From an uncultured Lentisphaeraceae bacterium (GTDB taxonomy: Bacteria > Verrucomicrobiota > Kiritimatiellia > RFP12 > UBA1067), in contig CAYTWE010000001.1 in the NCBI GenBank assembly GCA_964440985.1, positions 16,875 to 80,874 on the forward strand: a stretch of DNA of 64,000 nt, written 5' to 3'. A program made the translations under genes and the position numbers. The notes under the pieces were generated by a model. It saw only the letters and a program-made list of their open reading frames with translations, was not told the DNA's origin and searched no databases. Positions 1 through 9,647 of this stretch are shown here, one piece after another. Positions within the stretch are counted from its first letter, which is position 1. The number at the start of each line of letters is the position of its first letter.

Positions 1-1056
1 GTAGGGCATGATCTTTGCGGAACCGCGCATCGCGTTCCTGTCGCCGAAGATCGTTGTGCCGCTTCCTCCGAAACGCGACCATCCGCCGTAGCACACACCA
101 TCGAGCAAAACTGAATCGACGTTGCACTGCACCGACAGCAGCCCAGCCACATTATTCTGCTGATCCACATAAGGGCTGCCGCCGTCAACCCTGCCGCTTG
201 ACCTTCTCGCCACATTGCACAGGTACGTGCCGTCACCGGAAAGGAGCAGCGTCCCATCTATTTCAAACGGCCCCATACCGTTATAGCCGGAAAGGACGCC
301 ACCTTCCGCAATCTCAATCTCGCTCACAACGCCGCCAAGATTGCGGATCTTGCGGACACCGTTGATGTTCCATCCGTTCGTGACGGCGCAGTCCCACACG
401 ATCTTAGCGCCGTTCGTCTGCGCAATGTCTATGTATATGAGATGCTTGTACTTGGCAAGTCCCGCAATCTTGATGTCGCCGCATCCCTCGAACTGAAACG
501 CCGTCTCGTCAAACCCCACGCTCGGCTCAAAGAAGAACATCTTCCGGAACGTCAGCGTCTCCGACGAATCGTTGATGATCTTCGCATTCCTGTTTCTGTC
601 GTCGACCTGCTGCACCGCCTGCCGTGGATAGCGGTAGCCGAACGCCGCCACAACTTCGGGAGCTGGTGCGCCGGATTCGACCCTGAACACGCCACCGCTC
701 GGAAAGATGGTCAAAGACTGCTCATCGGACGAGCCAAACGTGTATCGTGGAGCGGATGCCGTCACGACAATGTTCGAGACATCCCAGAAACCGTCAAGGT
801 CAATCGTTGTCGCCGCGCCGTCCGCAACGGCACCGAACACCACAGACGCATTGAGCGCACCGGTCTTGTCATCACCATCTACCGGATTTACGTACATCCC
901 CGGCGGCACTTCCGCAACCGCTCCATCGACTGTCCAGTTCGCGGCGTTCGTCCAGCTGCCGTTATCCGCTCCAGTCCATACCCACGTCCCTGCGGACGCG
1001 CCGTACACGGCAGCAGCACACATAACAGCACACGACAACGCAATTCTGCTTCTCAT
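1..1056 (-). CDS. Secreted PATR / beta-helix repeat protein (autotransporter-associated beta-strand repeat type). N-terminal part only; the 3' end runs off the window start
   Basis: Absent from the ORF track because there is no in-window stop. Manual reverse-complement from 1056 reads ATG AGA AGC AGA ATT GCG.. = MRSRIALSCAVMCAAAVYGASAGTWVWTGADNGSWTNAANWTVDG... This gives a signal peptide followed by the W-x-GA-x-NG-x-W-x-x-AANW signature of PATR passenger repeats. GGAGG lies about 9 nt upstream on the minus strand. My hand translation met no stop before position 1. Confidence 0.5.
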   Translation of the reverse strand, partial: MRSRIALSCAVMCAAAVYGASAGTWVWTGADNGSWTNAANWTVDGAVAEVPPGMYVNPVDGDDKTGALNASVVFGAVADGAATTIDLDGFWDVSNIVVTASAPRYTFGSSDEQSLTIFPSGGVFRVESGAPAPEVVAAFGYRYPRQAVQQVDDRNRNAKIINDSSETLTFRKMFFFEPSVGFDETAFQFEGCGDIKIAGLAKYKHLIYIDIAQTNGAKIVWDCAVTNGWNINGVRKIRNLGGVVSEIEIAEGGVLSGYNGMGPFEIDGTLLLSGDGTYLCNVARRSSGRVDGGSPYVDQQNNVAGLLSVQCNVDSVLLDGVCYGGWSRFGGSGTTIFGDRNAMRGSAKIMPY

Positions 1057-1314
1057 ATACGCAACCTCCAGATTTATCCGCTTGCTGGTATGTCCGCCCA
1101 AACAGGACACACCTGAATGAATGCGTGTATGATATCACAGACCTTTCTAAAAATGCAATTACTGGCTTTTTTTTTTGCCACAAAACTGCGGTATGAGAGC
1201 AAGCGGCAATCATCCAAACCAGATGCGTCGGCATACGCTTCAGCGGCAAAGCGCCATTGCGGCAGCGTCCGCCTGACGAAACAAATGCGCACCGCAAAAT
1301 GCATACGCATTTTT

Positions 1315-1323
1315 TGGTATACT
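1315..1323 (+). promoter_or_regulatory. Extended -10 element TGGTATACT, 7 nt before the ATG of the HAD hydrolase gene (probable leaderless transcript)
   Basis: tttggtatacttctgccc ATG; TGnTATACT geometry; no SD in the 7-nt gap. Confidence 0.35.
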
Positions 1324-1330
1324 TCTGCCC

Positions 1331-2239
1331 ATGAAAGCAACACGTTCTCTGTTTATGCTGACCGCCGCAATTGCGGCCTGGATTGCGTTTCCTACACAGC
1401 GCGCAACAGCCGATGAGCCGCACGTCGATGCGGTCGTCGCCACGGTGATGCAGAATGTCGAAAGGATAAAGGCCGTTCAACCCGATGCCGTTCCAATGGC
1501 GTTTTGGGATTTTGACGGCACGATTCTCAAAGGTGACATATCGGAAGGGCTTGTAGAGAATGGTGAGCAGAAGTTCAAAGGGCTTATTGAAGAGACCGCG
1601 CTCGCTGGTCTGTGTACCGTCTATCGCGGTGCGGACGGATGGAAACAGTACCGCGACATCGACTACCCCCGCATGAACGCCATTGGACGCTGGTTGGCGT
1701 GGCCGTACAACGCACAGATTTTCGTAGGGCAGGATGTTGACGCCCTCGATGCATTCTGCGCGGCGAAATGCCGTGACGTGTACAGCAACTGGTATTTTGC
1801 GTCTTCGGTCAAGATGCTCAAGGTGCTTGAGGCGAAAGGCGTTGAGAACTACATCGTGTCGGCCAGCCCGGAACTTTTCGTCAGGAACGCTGCGGAGTCG
1901 CTTGGATTGCCGAGAAACAGGATATGCGCCATCCGTGTGGAGATAGATGGCGGAAGGGTTACGCCAAAGGTCATCCATCCTGTCCCCATGGGCGAGGGCA
2001 AGGTGGAGAACGTAAGGCGGCTTGTGCTTGCGCGTCCGAACGGCGTGGCCGTGGCGGGATTCGGCAACAGCTATTCGACTGACGGCAATTTCCTGCGGTA
2101 TATCGTTACGCAGCATCTGCCGGGCAATGCAAAGGGCTTCGCCCTGATGATCAACGGCGGAACACCGAAACCGGGATTTGCCGGTTTGTTCACCTGCGTA
2201 TCGCAATCCGAAATTGCGGCAGACGCTCCAGCAAAATAA
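1331..2239 (+). CDS. Secreted HAD-superfamily hydrolase/phosphatase
   Basis: N-terminal signal peptide MKATRSLFMLTAAIAAWIAFPTQRATA. HAD motif I FWDFDGTI. C-terminal GFGNSYSTDGNFLRY resembles HAD motif III/IV. Confidence 0.7.
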   Translation: MKATRSLFMLTAAIAAWIAFPTQRATADEPHVDAVVATVMQNVERIKAVQPDAVPMAFWDFDGTILKGDISEGLVENGEQKFKGLIEETALAGLCTVYRGADGWKQYRDIDYPRMNAIGRWLAWPYNAQIFVGQDVDALDAFCAAKCRDVYSNWYFASSVKMLKVLEAKGVENYIVSASPELFVRNAAESLGLPRNRICAIRVEIDGGRVTPKVIHPVPMGEGKVENVRRLVLARPNGVAVAGFGNSYSTDGNFLRYIVTQHLPGNAKGFALMINGGTPKPGFAGLFTCVSQSEIAADAPAK

Positions 2240-2337
2240 AGTCGATTTGCATTGGCAAAGACATTTGCAGACAACCATTGCGTTGAACTGCGCGCCTGCG
2301 TGCCATGCACAGCAATCGATCTGTCAGAGGCGGTGCG

Positions 2338-2811
2338 CTACCTTGACACTGCCGCAGACAGAAGCATGTTGAGCGCATGATCGACCGCCGCTGCGCGGAC
2401 GGCGGCGCGATCGCCCTTGAATATGCATCTTTCGGTGTGGACGCCGCACTTCGACGCCAACCCGAACCACACAAGTCCAACTGGCTTCTCGGCCGTTGCA
2501 CCCCCAGGTCCGGCTATGCCCGTAACTGAAACCGCAAGATCCGTCTTCATCAGGCTACGCACCCCTGCCGACATCGCCGCCGCACATTCGGACGAGACTG
2601 CGCCTTTCTCGTTGAGCACACCCTGCGGAACGCCAAGAACGTCACGCTTCACGGAGTTATCGTAGCTTATGACACCACCCCAGAAAACAGTGCTTGAACC
2701 GGCCACACCGGTTATCGCACTTCCGACCCCGCCTCCTGTGCACGACTCCGCTGTCGCACACGTCAATCCTGCTTCGGAGAGTTTCTGCACAAGTCTTTCC
2801 GCTACATCCAT
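2338..2811 (-). CDS. pncC: CinA C-terminal domain protein / NMN amidohydrolase PncC-like
   Basis: ATAESCTGGGVGSAITGVAGSS motif typical of the CinA-C/PncC family. Start moved to the internal Met (MDVAERLVQ.., ATG at 2811), which leaves a 17-nt gap to pyrC instead of a 25-nt overlap. Confidence 0.7.
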   Translation of the reverse strand: MDVAERLVQKLSEAGLTCATAESCTGGGVGSAITGVAGSSTVFWGGVISYDNSVKRDVLGVPQGVLNEKGAVSSECAAAMSAGVRSLMKTDLAVSVTGIAGPGGATAEKPVGLVWFGLASKCGVHTERCIFKGDRAAVRAAAVDHALNMLLSAAVSR

Positions 2812-2828
2812 GGATGCGTACTCCCCGT

Positions 2829-3914
2829 TTAACGGCTTGCGGCAACCGGCCAAGCGGAAAAGGACAGCCCGGCATACGGCATATTGCGCGAAAGCGACTT
2901 GAACGTCGAAGGCTCAACCGTCCTGTTCGCCTGAAGATCGATCACCGTTTCGCCATCAGGCTCTTCGCCAATGAGATGGGCCGGACCGTCCGTCCAGCGT
3001 TTAGCCCATTCGTCGACATCCATCCCTTCCTCCTCAACCATCACGCGGAACGTGACGGCCACAGCCGTCTCAAGCCCGATTATGCCGTTTGCGGAGGTGG
3101 CGAACCCACCTGTCTTGAGGGCGGCAGGATGCGGCGCATGGTCAGTTGCGAAAATGCCGATTGTGCCATCCTTCACCGCCGCACGAAGCGCGGCGCGGTC
3201 TTCGCAATTGCCCAAGGGCGGCGCCATCTTCCAGTTGGCGTCGTTCGCAGGTATGTCATCGCACGAAAAAAGCAGATGATGTGGCGTGGCCTCACCCGTG
3301 ACCGGGAGCCCCTCGCGTTGTGCAGCCCTTATCAATTCAATCGTCCCTGCACATGAGATGTGCTGTATGTGGAGCGCACAGCCCGTGTCGCGGCAAAGCC
3401 GTATGTCCCGGAGCACCGCCTCCGTCTCAGCCGCCGGCTGCATCACCGGCAGATTGAATTCACGGGCAACATGACAATCCCTGATCACACCGCCACAAAG
3501 CAAATCCGGCACTACGGCATGTTGCATCACGGGTCTGCCAAGAGCCGCCGAACGGCGCATCGCCTCGCGCATCACGTTTCCGTCGGCGACAAAAGAGCCG
3601 TCATCGGTGAACGCGACAGCGCCGGCCTCGGCGAGCCGTTCAAGATCTGCAACCTCACGACCAAGGCGTCCCTTCGTTATGCAGGCGGACGGTGCAATGC
3701 GGACGGGGAGCGACACATCCTCAATCTGCTCGCGAATCCATGCAACGCTGTCGCCCGCAGGATTTGTGTTCGGCATCGTCGTCACGCACGTGAACCCGCC
3801 GGCCGCCGCCGCCGCCGCACCCGTACGGCGCGTCTCCGCCTCAGGCACTCCCGGATCGCGGAAATGCACATGGATGTCGCGAAAACCCTTGAACCTCAGA
3901 TATCTTTCATTCAT
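2829..3914 (-). CDS. pyrC: Dihydroorotase
   Basis: DIHVHFRDPG metal-binding motif and FATDHAPH motif of the dihydroorotase / cyclic amidohydrolase family; 361 aa. Confidence 0.85.
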   Translation of the reverse strand: MNERYLRFKGFRDIHVHFRDPGVPEAETRRTGAAAAAAGGFTCVTTMPNTNPAGDSVAWIREQIEDVSLPVRIAPSACITKGRLGREVADLERLAEAGAVAFTDDGSFVADGNVMREAMRRSAALGRPVMQHAVVPDLLCGGVIRDCHVAREFNLPVMQPAAETEAVLRDIRLCRDTGCALHIQHISCAGTIELIRAAQREGLPVTGEATPHHLLFSCDDIPANDANWKMAPPLGNCEDRAALRAAVKDGTIGIFATDHAPHPAALKTGGFATSANGIIGLETAVAVTFRVMVEEEGMDVDEWAKRWTDGPAHLIGEEPDGETVIDLQANRTVEPSTFKSLSRNMPYAGLSFSAWPVAASR

Positions 3915-3922
3915 CGCGCAAA

Positions 3923-3931
3923 ATTATACCA
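3923..3931 (-). promoter_or_regulatory. Extended -10 TGGTATAAT, 8 nt upstream of the pyrC ATG (leaderless geometry)
   Basis: minus strand: gtgtgTGGTATAATtttgcgcgATG. Confidence 0.35.
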
Positions 3932-3958
3932 CACACAGTTGATGAATCAGATAGGGCT

Positions 3959-5728
3959 TCAGCGCTTCTGCACCTCTATCTTTCCCTGCGGAGTGGGGAT
4001 TGTCGCGGACATCCCCTCCGCTCCCGGCAGCGGCTTCACCTCGTGCGTTTTCCATCCGTCAGAGGTGGGCTTCACCCCCATCGCCTCCGAAACGAAGATG
4101 AATGCGGGCCATGCGCTCCATGCATGGCAAAGGCTCTTCGCCCACGGACGCCTGTAGAACGAATACATCTCATCGCCCTTTTCATCGGCGCTGTACCCTT
4201 CCCAGAAACTTGTCGCACCTTTATCGAGCATCGCTCCGAACATCTTTTCGATTCCGGCGAAGAACTCCCTCGCCCGTCCAGTGCGGGCAAGCACCGCAAG
4301 CTCCCACCCATATACGTACGGCGTCCCGACCGGCGGCAGATCGCTCTTGACCAGTTCATCCGCGATACGGCGCGACTTCTCGCCGTCGGCGACACCAAAC
4401 ACAACCGCGTAGATGTTTGCCTGCCGCCCGAACACATCGCCATTTCCGACATTCGCCCTGTAGATTCCGCGGCGCTCGTCCCAGGCGACGGCATTCAGTT
4501 CATCGACGACCTTTCGCGCAAGCGCACGATATCGCGCCGCCGACTTGTCGCCCACGCGGTCGGCAAGTTTCGCCGCCGCATCAAGCGTTCCCTTCCAAAT
4601 GGCGTGCATGGCGACATCTGACTTCGGTGTCGCCCAGTCTATGAACACCCAATCCAGCCCCTTCACGACAAAGCCGCGGGCATCCGTGCGCGAAATCAGA
4701 TTTTCAATGCGCCACTTGATGCGCCACCAGCGATCTTCAAGAAACTTGCGGTCGCCGAAGTACAGCTGGTACATGTCATGCGCCACAATCGTCCACATTG
4801 AATACGTGACGATTCCGTTTACGTCACCTTCGTATGCGTCAAGAACAGAAAGGGAACGCCTCGCAATCTCCGCATCACCGTACACATATGCGTCCGCCAT
4901 AAGCGACACCGCTATGTCGCCACCCCACGGAAGGCGGTCGCGCTTGATTCCGTCGAGAAGAAAATCCTGTGCGCAGAGCCGGAGGGTATGCACCCCTACA
5001 TCACGCATCCTGCCGTAGCGACCGTTGCCTGCATCAAGTCTTCCGATCTCAACCATATCGCGCCATACCGGAACGACCTTTACGCCTTTCACTGCACGCT
5101 TGAAGCGGAGATATCGAAATGCAAGAGCGTTCGCGCTTCGCCAACGCCCGTCGGCGACCTGTCTCATTCTCGGTGAATACTCGAGACGCGTACGGTCTTC
5201 CTCGCCGAGTTCAGGAATCGACTCTCCGACAAAGAGGCCAGGATCAGCATCCGCTTCACATTCGACATAGGCAAGCAGCTCGCGTCCACAATCGTAGAAT
5301 CCGTCCTTTTCTGAGACATCGGCATACGACCTGTCCTCCGCGACATCGACAAGGTGCGGCGGCGTTTCCGTGCCCTCGTACTCGGCGGTCGGACGCCAGT
5401 TTCCGTCAAGCGCCTTCGCCTCCCATCCGCCGCTGCGGCTCTTCACGGCGCCGACGCCGCGGAATCCGCCGTTCACCCTCACATAAAGATATCCGTCGCG
5501 CCGCCTTTCCGAAAAGAATCCGGAAGCGGAGTACTCCACCCGCTCCGTGTCGTCACACCGGATGCGGAACTCGGATGCACCGGTAAGCGGAGCCACTTCA
5601 CCGGGATGGGCCGCAATCATGCAAGCGCGCCGCGAATCGTCGCGCAGATGCTCCAGACGATATCGTTCGAGATCCATCTGTGGATAGTGCCACACCGCCG
5701 ATGCGATTGCAAACAAAAACACTGTCAC
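3959..5728 (-). CDS. Six-hairpin glycoside hydrolase, alpha-L-rhamnosidase-like (GH78-type catalytic domain)
   Basis: C-terminal (alpha/alpha)6 region with RDRLPWGGD.., IDWATP, HAWSAWP segments reminiscent of bacterial alpha-L-rhamnosidase catalytic domains; 589 aa. Family assignment not verified. Confidence 0.5.
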   Translation of the reverse strand: MTVFLFAIASAVWHYPQMDLERYRLEHLRDDSRRACMIAAHPGEVAPLTGASEFRIRCDDTERVEYSASGFFSERRRDGYLYVRVNGGFRGVGAVKSRSGGWEAKALDGNWRPTAEYEGTETPPHLVDVAEDRSYADVSEKDGFYDCGRELLAYVECEADADPGLFVGESIPELGEEDRTRLEYSPRMRQVADGRWRSANALAFRYLRFKRAVKGVKVVPVWRDMVEIGRLDAGNGRYGRMRDVGVHTLRLCAQDFLLDGIKRDRLPWGGDIAVSLMADAYVYGDAEIARRSLSVLDAYEGDVNGIVTYSMWTIVAHDMYQLYFGDRKFLEDRWWRIKWRIENLISRTDARGFVVKGLDWVFIDWATPKSDVAMHAIWKGTLDAAAKLADRVGDKSAARYRALARKVVDELNAVAWDERRGIYRANVGNGDVFGRQANIYAVVFGVADGEKSRRIADELVKSDLPPVGTPYVYGWELAVLARTGRAREFFAGIEKMFGAMLDKGATSFWEGYSADEKGDEMYSFYRRPWAKSLCHAWSAWPAFIFVSEAMGVKPTSDGWKTHEVKPLPGAEGMSATIPTPQGKIEVQKR

Positions 5729-5770
5729 GCCCTCCTAAACTGCCGTTCGCGCGAACGGACACCTCATCAG

Positions 5771-6859
5771 TCAACTGCGGGAACTGCGCCATTCCCGTGC
5801 GCGGGCACGCGCCTCGCGGTCTATCTCAAAAATGCTCTCCGCCGTATCCGGCTCGTCAGTCGATGCCAGATACGAAACGTCTGCGACAAGTCTCGCGATG
5901 TCGCTGAACCTGATGTCTCCGGCAAGAAACCTCTCGACGGCAATCTCGTCGGCGGCGCTCAGTGCGGCAGGTCTTGCGCCGCCGGCCGCAAGCACATCCT
6001 TTACGAGCCGCAGAGCCGGAAACCGCGTCTCGTCCGGCTTCCTGAACGTAAGCGCACCGATGGCGGCAAGATCAAGCGTCTCGCGTTCCGCCGGAAAGCG
6101 TTTTGGCCATGAAAGCGCGTACTGTATCGGCACCCTCATGTCCGGCGGCGAAAGCTGCGCAAGCGTGGCTCCGTCACGGAACTCCACCAGCGAGTGGACG
6201 ATCGACTCCGGATGCACCACAACGTCTATCCTGTCCGCAGGAATGGAAAAGAGCCATCTGGCCTCTGCAATTTCAAAGCCCTTATTCATCATGCCGGCGG
6301 AATCGACCGTCACCTTCGGTCCCATCTTCCACCTTGGATGCCGCAAAGCCTGCGCCGGCGTGACGTCATCGAGGTTCGCCGGCGCATCAATGAACGGCCC
6401 TCCGCTCGCGGTCAGAATCAGACGCGATACGCTTTCGATTCCGGCACCGCCTTGCAGACACTGGAATATGGCGGAGTGTTCGGAATCAACCGGAACGATC
6501 GTCACGCCGGCGCGTTCTGCGGCCTTGGTGACGAGCGCACCGGCGGCCACAAGCACCTCCTTGGTGGCGAGAGCAACCGTCATCCCCTTGGAAATGGCGG
6601 CAAGCGTCGGCTTCAGTCCGGAAAGCCCCACTGTAGCGACAAGCGCGACGTCGGCCTCATTCTCCTCGATTGCCCGCAATGCACCGTCATCGCCGGAGTA
6701 GACCTTTGCGCCGAACTCCCGGCCAAGGACATCCGCTGCGGCGAGGTTGCTCCTCACCGCAAGCGCGACAATCTTAAACTCGTCCGGATGAGTGCGCACG
6801 ACATCGCACGCACTCGTGCCGATGGAGCCAGTCGCCCCAAGAAGGATTATCCTTTTCAA
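5771..6859 (-). CDS. dxr: 1-deoxy-D-xylulose 5-phosphate reductoisomerase
   Basis: N-terminus MKRIILLGATGSIGTS.. (NADPH-binding) and overall Dxr-like length of 362 aa. Confidence 0.9.
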   Translation of the reverse strand: MKRIILLGATGSIGTSACDVVRTHPDEFKIVALAVRSNLAAADVLGREFGAKVYSGDDGALRAIEENEADVALVATVGLSGLKPTLAAISKGMTVALATKEVLVAAGALVTKAAERAGVTIVPVDSEHSAIFQCLQGGAGIESVSRLILTASGGPFIDAPANLDDVTPAQALRHPRWKMGPKVTVDSAGMMNKGFEIAEARWLFSIPADRIDVVVHPESIVHSLVEFRDGATLAQLSPPDMRVPIQYALSWPKRFPAERETLDLAAIGALTFRKPDETRFPALRLVKDVLAAGGARPAALSAADEIAVERFLAGDIRFSDIARLVADVSYLASTDEPDTAESIFEIDREARARAREWRSSRS

Positions 6860-7764
6860 CCCTCTGCAGCCTTCATGAGACCCTTGAAGTAGCCGATGCT
6901 CTCGGCGACGTCAATCTCTTTGATCGCAGGCTTGAAGTCCTTGGGCGGGAACGATTCGTATTCAAGCGAACAGCATCCGTCATAGCCCACCGCCACAAGC
7001 TCCTTCACGACAGCCCAGAGATCCATTTCGCCACGCGGCATCGGAACGGCGAGGTTCTTCTTCGGATCAAACAGGACGTTCTTGATGTGCATATCGAAGA
7101 TGCGCGAGTGGAAACGGCGGACGGAATCGGCAGGATTCGCCTTTGCGCGGAAGTCATGCCCGATGTCAAGGCACAGCCCCATGCGCGGATCGAGATCCTT
7201 GACCATGTTCCATGACCTTTCACCGGTCGGGAACAGGTAAGGGATGTCCGGCCCGTGATTGTGGATTGCGTAGCGGATATCGTATTCCCGGCAAAGTTCA
7301 GAAAGAGCCTCGCACAGCGAACGGGACTCCGCCCGCGTCTTCTTGCCGCCGATCTCCTTCATCTCGAACGGCACTCCAACCACAGTGTTCACGCCAACCC
7401 GCTTGGCGAAGTCAAACGTCCGCTTCGCCTGCTCCTTGCTGTCCATGTAGACGGGGCCGAGCGCGTATCCGGTCACCCCGTGGTCGGCGCATTTCTGCTT
7501 GAACGCGGCGATATCCGCATCCGTGGCCGAAAACGGAAGATGGAAATCCTTGATGCAGAGATAATGCACATCGAGTTTCTTCAGAAGGGCAAGCGTTTCA
7601 TCGACCGTAAGCTGGTGGCATGAATATCCGGCCATTGCGAGCTTGAACTTGACCTTCCCGCAGGCAGATGCCGCCGGGCAGCCCTCAGTCCGGACAACGG
7701 ATTTGCAGCCGGCAGCAAGGACAGCCAGTGACGATGATGCGAAAAAACCGCGACGCGTAATCAT
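6856..7764 (-). CDS. Tat-secreted sugar-phosphate isomerase/epimerase (xylose-isomerase-like TIM barrel)
   Basis: Start reassigned to MITRRGFFASSSLAVLAAGC (twin-arginine signal) at 7764, with AGGAG 7 nt upstream. Body is AP-endonuclease/xylose-isomerase-like TIM. The 4-nt overlap with dxr is retained. Confidence 0.65.
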   Translation of the reverse strand: MITRRGFFASSSLAVLAAGCKSVVRTEGCPAASACGKVKFKLAMAGYSCHQLTVDETLALLKKLDVHYLCIKDFHLPFSATDADIAAFKQKCADHGVTGYALGPVYMDSKEQAKRTFDFAKRVGVNTVVGVPFEMKEIGGKKTRAESRSLCEALSELCREYDIRYAIHNHGPDIPYLFPTGERSWNMVKDLDPRMGLCLDIGHDFRAKANPADSVRRFHSRIFDMHIKNVLFDPKKNLAVPMPRGEMDLWAVVKELVAVGYDGCCSLEYESFPPKDFKPAIKEIDVAESIGYFKGLMKAAEG

Positions 7765-7906
7765 TTGCAATCTCCTTATGTTTGAAATGGAGTGATTATA
7801 TCCAATCCACCTGACAAAATCAACGCCGCACACCGGCAAGCGGCTGTGCGGAGATTGTGCGGGCGGTCGGTTCATGGCGATATGCGACGCACAGGATGGC
7901 TTTCCG

Positions 7907-8386
7907 TCATGGCATACGTGGCAGTTCAAGCCTGTGCGGACGGCGGCGTTTTGCGCCGTCCGCACATTCCTCCGCCCAGATGTCAAGCGCAGCGCATATG
8001 CGCTGCAACGTCCTGTCGCAATTCATCTTTCCGAGGGCGCATTCCCACACGACTATCAGATTCCATCCGTCGCTTCGCCAGGTCTCTTCGTTGCGGATGT
8101 CCCTGCGGACGTTCTTGGACCACTTCTCCATCCAAAACGCAACATTGCTCTTCGGCATTGTGGAATCGGCGCAGCCATGCCTGTGCCAGAAGCAGCCGCG
8201 CACATCGATTATTGTGCGGGCGCGCGGCACGACAATGTCCGGACGCCCGACAAAGCGCTTGTCGCATACGCGAAATCTCCAGCCTGCGGCGAATATGCGC
8301 CGCCGCACAAGCGTTTCCGGCTTCGTATCGCGCCCGCGTATGCGGCTCATTATCCTGCTGCGCTGCTCTGGCGTTATTCTGTCCAT
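7907..8386 (-). CDS. vsr: Very-short-patch-repair endonuclease
   Basis: RPDIVVPRARTIIDVRGCFWHRHGC matches the Vsr catalytic core (PD-(D/E)xK-like with the FWHxH motif); 159 aa. Confidence 0.85.
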   Translation of the reverse strand: MDRITPEQRSRIMSRIRGRDTKPETLVRRRIFAAGWRFRVCDKRFVGRPDIVVPRARTIIDVRGCFWHRHGCADSTMPKSNVAFWMEKWSKNVRRDIRNEETWRSDGWNLIVVWECALGKMNCDRTLQRICAALDIWAEECADGAKRRRPHRLELPRMP

Positions 8387-8393
8387 CGCCGGT

Positions 8394-8927
8394 TCAGGTG
8401 CCGGGATATGTGATCAATGCGTCAACATCATAGCCGGCAAGCTTCCCGGCACGGGCGGCAAAGCCGGCAAGCTCCATCACGAACAGAAGCTTTGTCACCT
8501 TTGCCCCAAGACTTTCAACAAGACGTATGCAGGCAGAGGCCGTGCCGCCGGTTGCAAGCAGATCGTCCACCACCACCACACGCGCACAGGGCTTCAGCGC
8601 ATCGCGGTGCATTTCAAGCGAATCTGTGCCATACTCAAGCTCATAGGTTGCGGACACCGTGTCACGCGGCAATTTGCCCGGCTTGCGCACCGGAACGAAC
8701 GGTTTGTGCAGCCTGTAGGCAAGCGGCATCCCGAAGATGAAGCCCCGCGACTCCATCGACACTATGGCGTCAAACTCAACGCCGTCTATCCTATCGGCAA
8801 GTTCATCTATGGCAAGACGCAATCCGTCAGCACTGCCGAGTATACCGGTTATGTCGCGGAACAGTATTCCCTTCTTCGGATAGTCAGGGATCGAGATTAT
8901 GTACGACTCGAGTTTTTCCATTGTCAA
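8394..8927 (-). CDS. apt: Adenine phosphoribosyltransferase
   Basis: PRPP-binding motif VVVVDDLLATGGTASA; 177 aa; typical Apt N-terminus. Confidence 0.9.
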   Translation of the reverse strand: MTMEKLESYIISIPDYPKKGILFRDITGILGSADGLRLAIDELADRIDGVEFDAIVSMESRGFIFGMPLAYRLHKPFVPVRKPGKLPRDTVSATYELEYGTDSLEMHRDALKPCARVVVVDDLLATGGTASACIRLVESLGAKVTKLLFVMELAGFAARAGKLAGYDVDALITYPGT

Positions 8928-8935
8928 CCTTTGCT

Positions 8936-9556
8936 TTACAGCGTACCGAATATCCGGTCTCCTGCGTCGCCCAGCCCAGGAACGATGTAGTGGTGCGAGT
9001 TGAGCCTATCATCCTTTGCGGCCGTATACACAGGCACATCGGGATGATGCCTCTCGAAGTTTTCAATCCCTTCTGGTGCAGAGACGATGTTCAGGAAGAG
9101 GATTTTCCTGTATCCCAACTTCTTGAGTTCCGTCACCGCATCAACCGCGCTGCCGCCAGTGGCGAACATCGGATCTATCACTATCGCAAGTTCGTGCCCT
9201 TTTGCCGGCGGCACTTTGGCGTAGTACGGCACAGGCTCGGCAGTCTCCTCGTTCCGCTGCATTCCAAGCACACCTACCTTCGCGTACGGAAGGACGTTGA
9301 GCATTGCATCCAGCATCCCCATGCCTGCGCGAAGTATGGGGACAAGCACAATATCCTCCGATACCTTGCGGCCGACTGTCTTTGTCAACGGTGTCTGTAT
9401 CTCCACTTCTGCCGTTGACACGTTTCGCAGCGCCTCATACGCCAAGAAGGTTGTAACCTCGGAAACCAGCTCCCTGAAAAGCTTCGGCTGCGTGGCCACA
9501 TCGCGCATATACGCCATGCGGTGGTCTATCAATGGATGGTGAAGGACTGTGGTCAT
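8936..9556 (-). CDS. upp: Uracil phosphoribosyltransferase
   Basis: ILRAGMGMLDAMLNVLP and VIDPMFATGGSAVDAV (PRPP loop). Start moved to MTTVLHHPLIDHRMAYMR (ATG at 9556); the track start at 9568 is a TTG. Confidence 0.9.
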   Translation of the reverse strand: MTTVLHHPLIDHRMAYMRDVATQPKLFRELVSEVTTFLAYEALRNVSTAEVEIQTPLTKTVGRKVSEDIVLVPILRAGMGMLDAMLNVLPYAKVGVLGMQRNEETAEPVPYYAKVPPAKGHELAIVIDPMFATGGSAVDAVTELKKLGYRKILFLNIVSAPEGIENFERHHPDVPVYTAAKDDRLNSHHYIVPGLGDAGDRIFGTL

Positions 9557-9566
9557 ATCTGTTCTC

Positions 9567-9609
9567 AAAAAAAAAACGCACCCTGCCCGTTTGACTGGGT
9601 TTGGGTGCG
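9567..9609 (-). terminator. Rho-independent terminator downstream of the OMP gene
   Basis: Minus strand: cgcaccc..(compound stem with inner ccc/ggg)..gggtgcg followed by a 10-nt U-run (plus-strand A-run 9567-9576). Confidence 0.5.
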
Positions 9610-9647
9610 AATTCTACCTTAATGGCTGTTTGAAATCAAGGTATGCG

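Noticed and set aside
962-2278. 438-aa minus-strand ORF spanning the HAD hydrolase gene
   Set aside because: Antisense to a well-supported secreted HAD gene. Cys/Arg-rich low-complexity translation that is typical of antisense reading in GC-rich DNA. No motifs.
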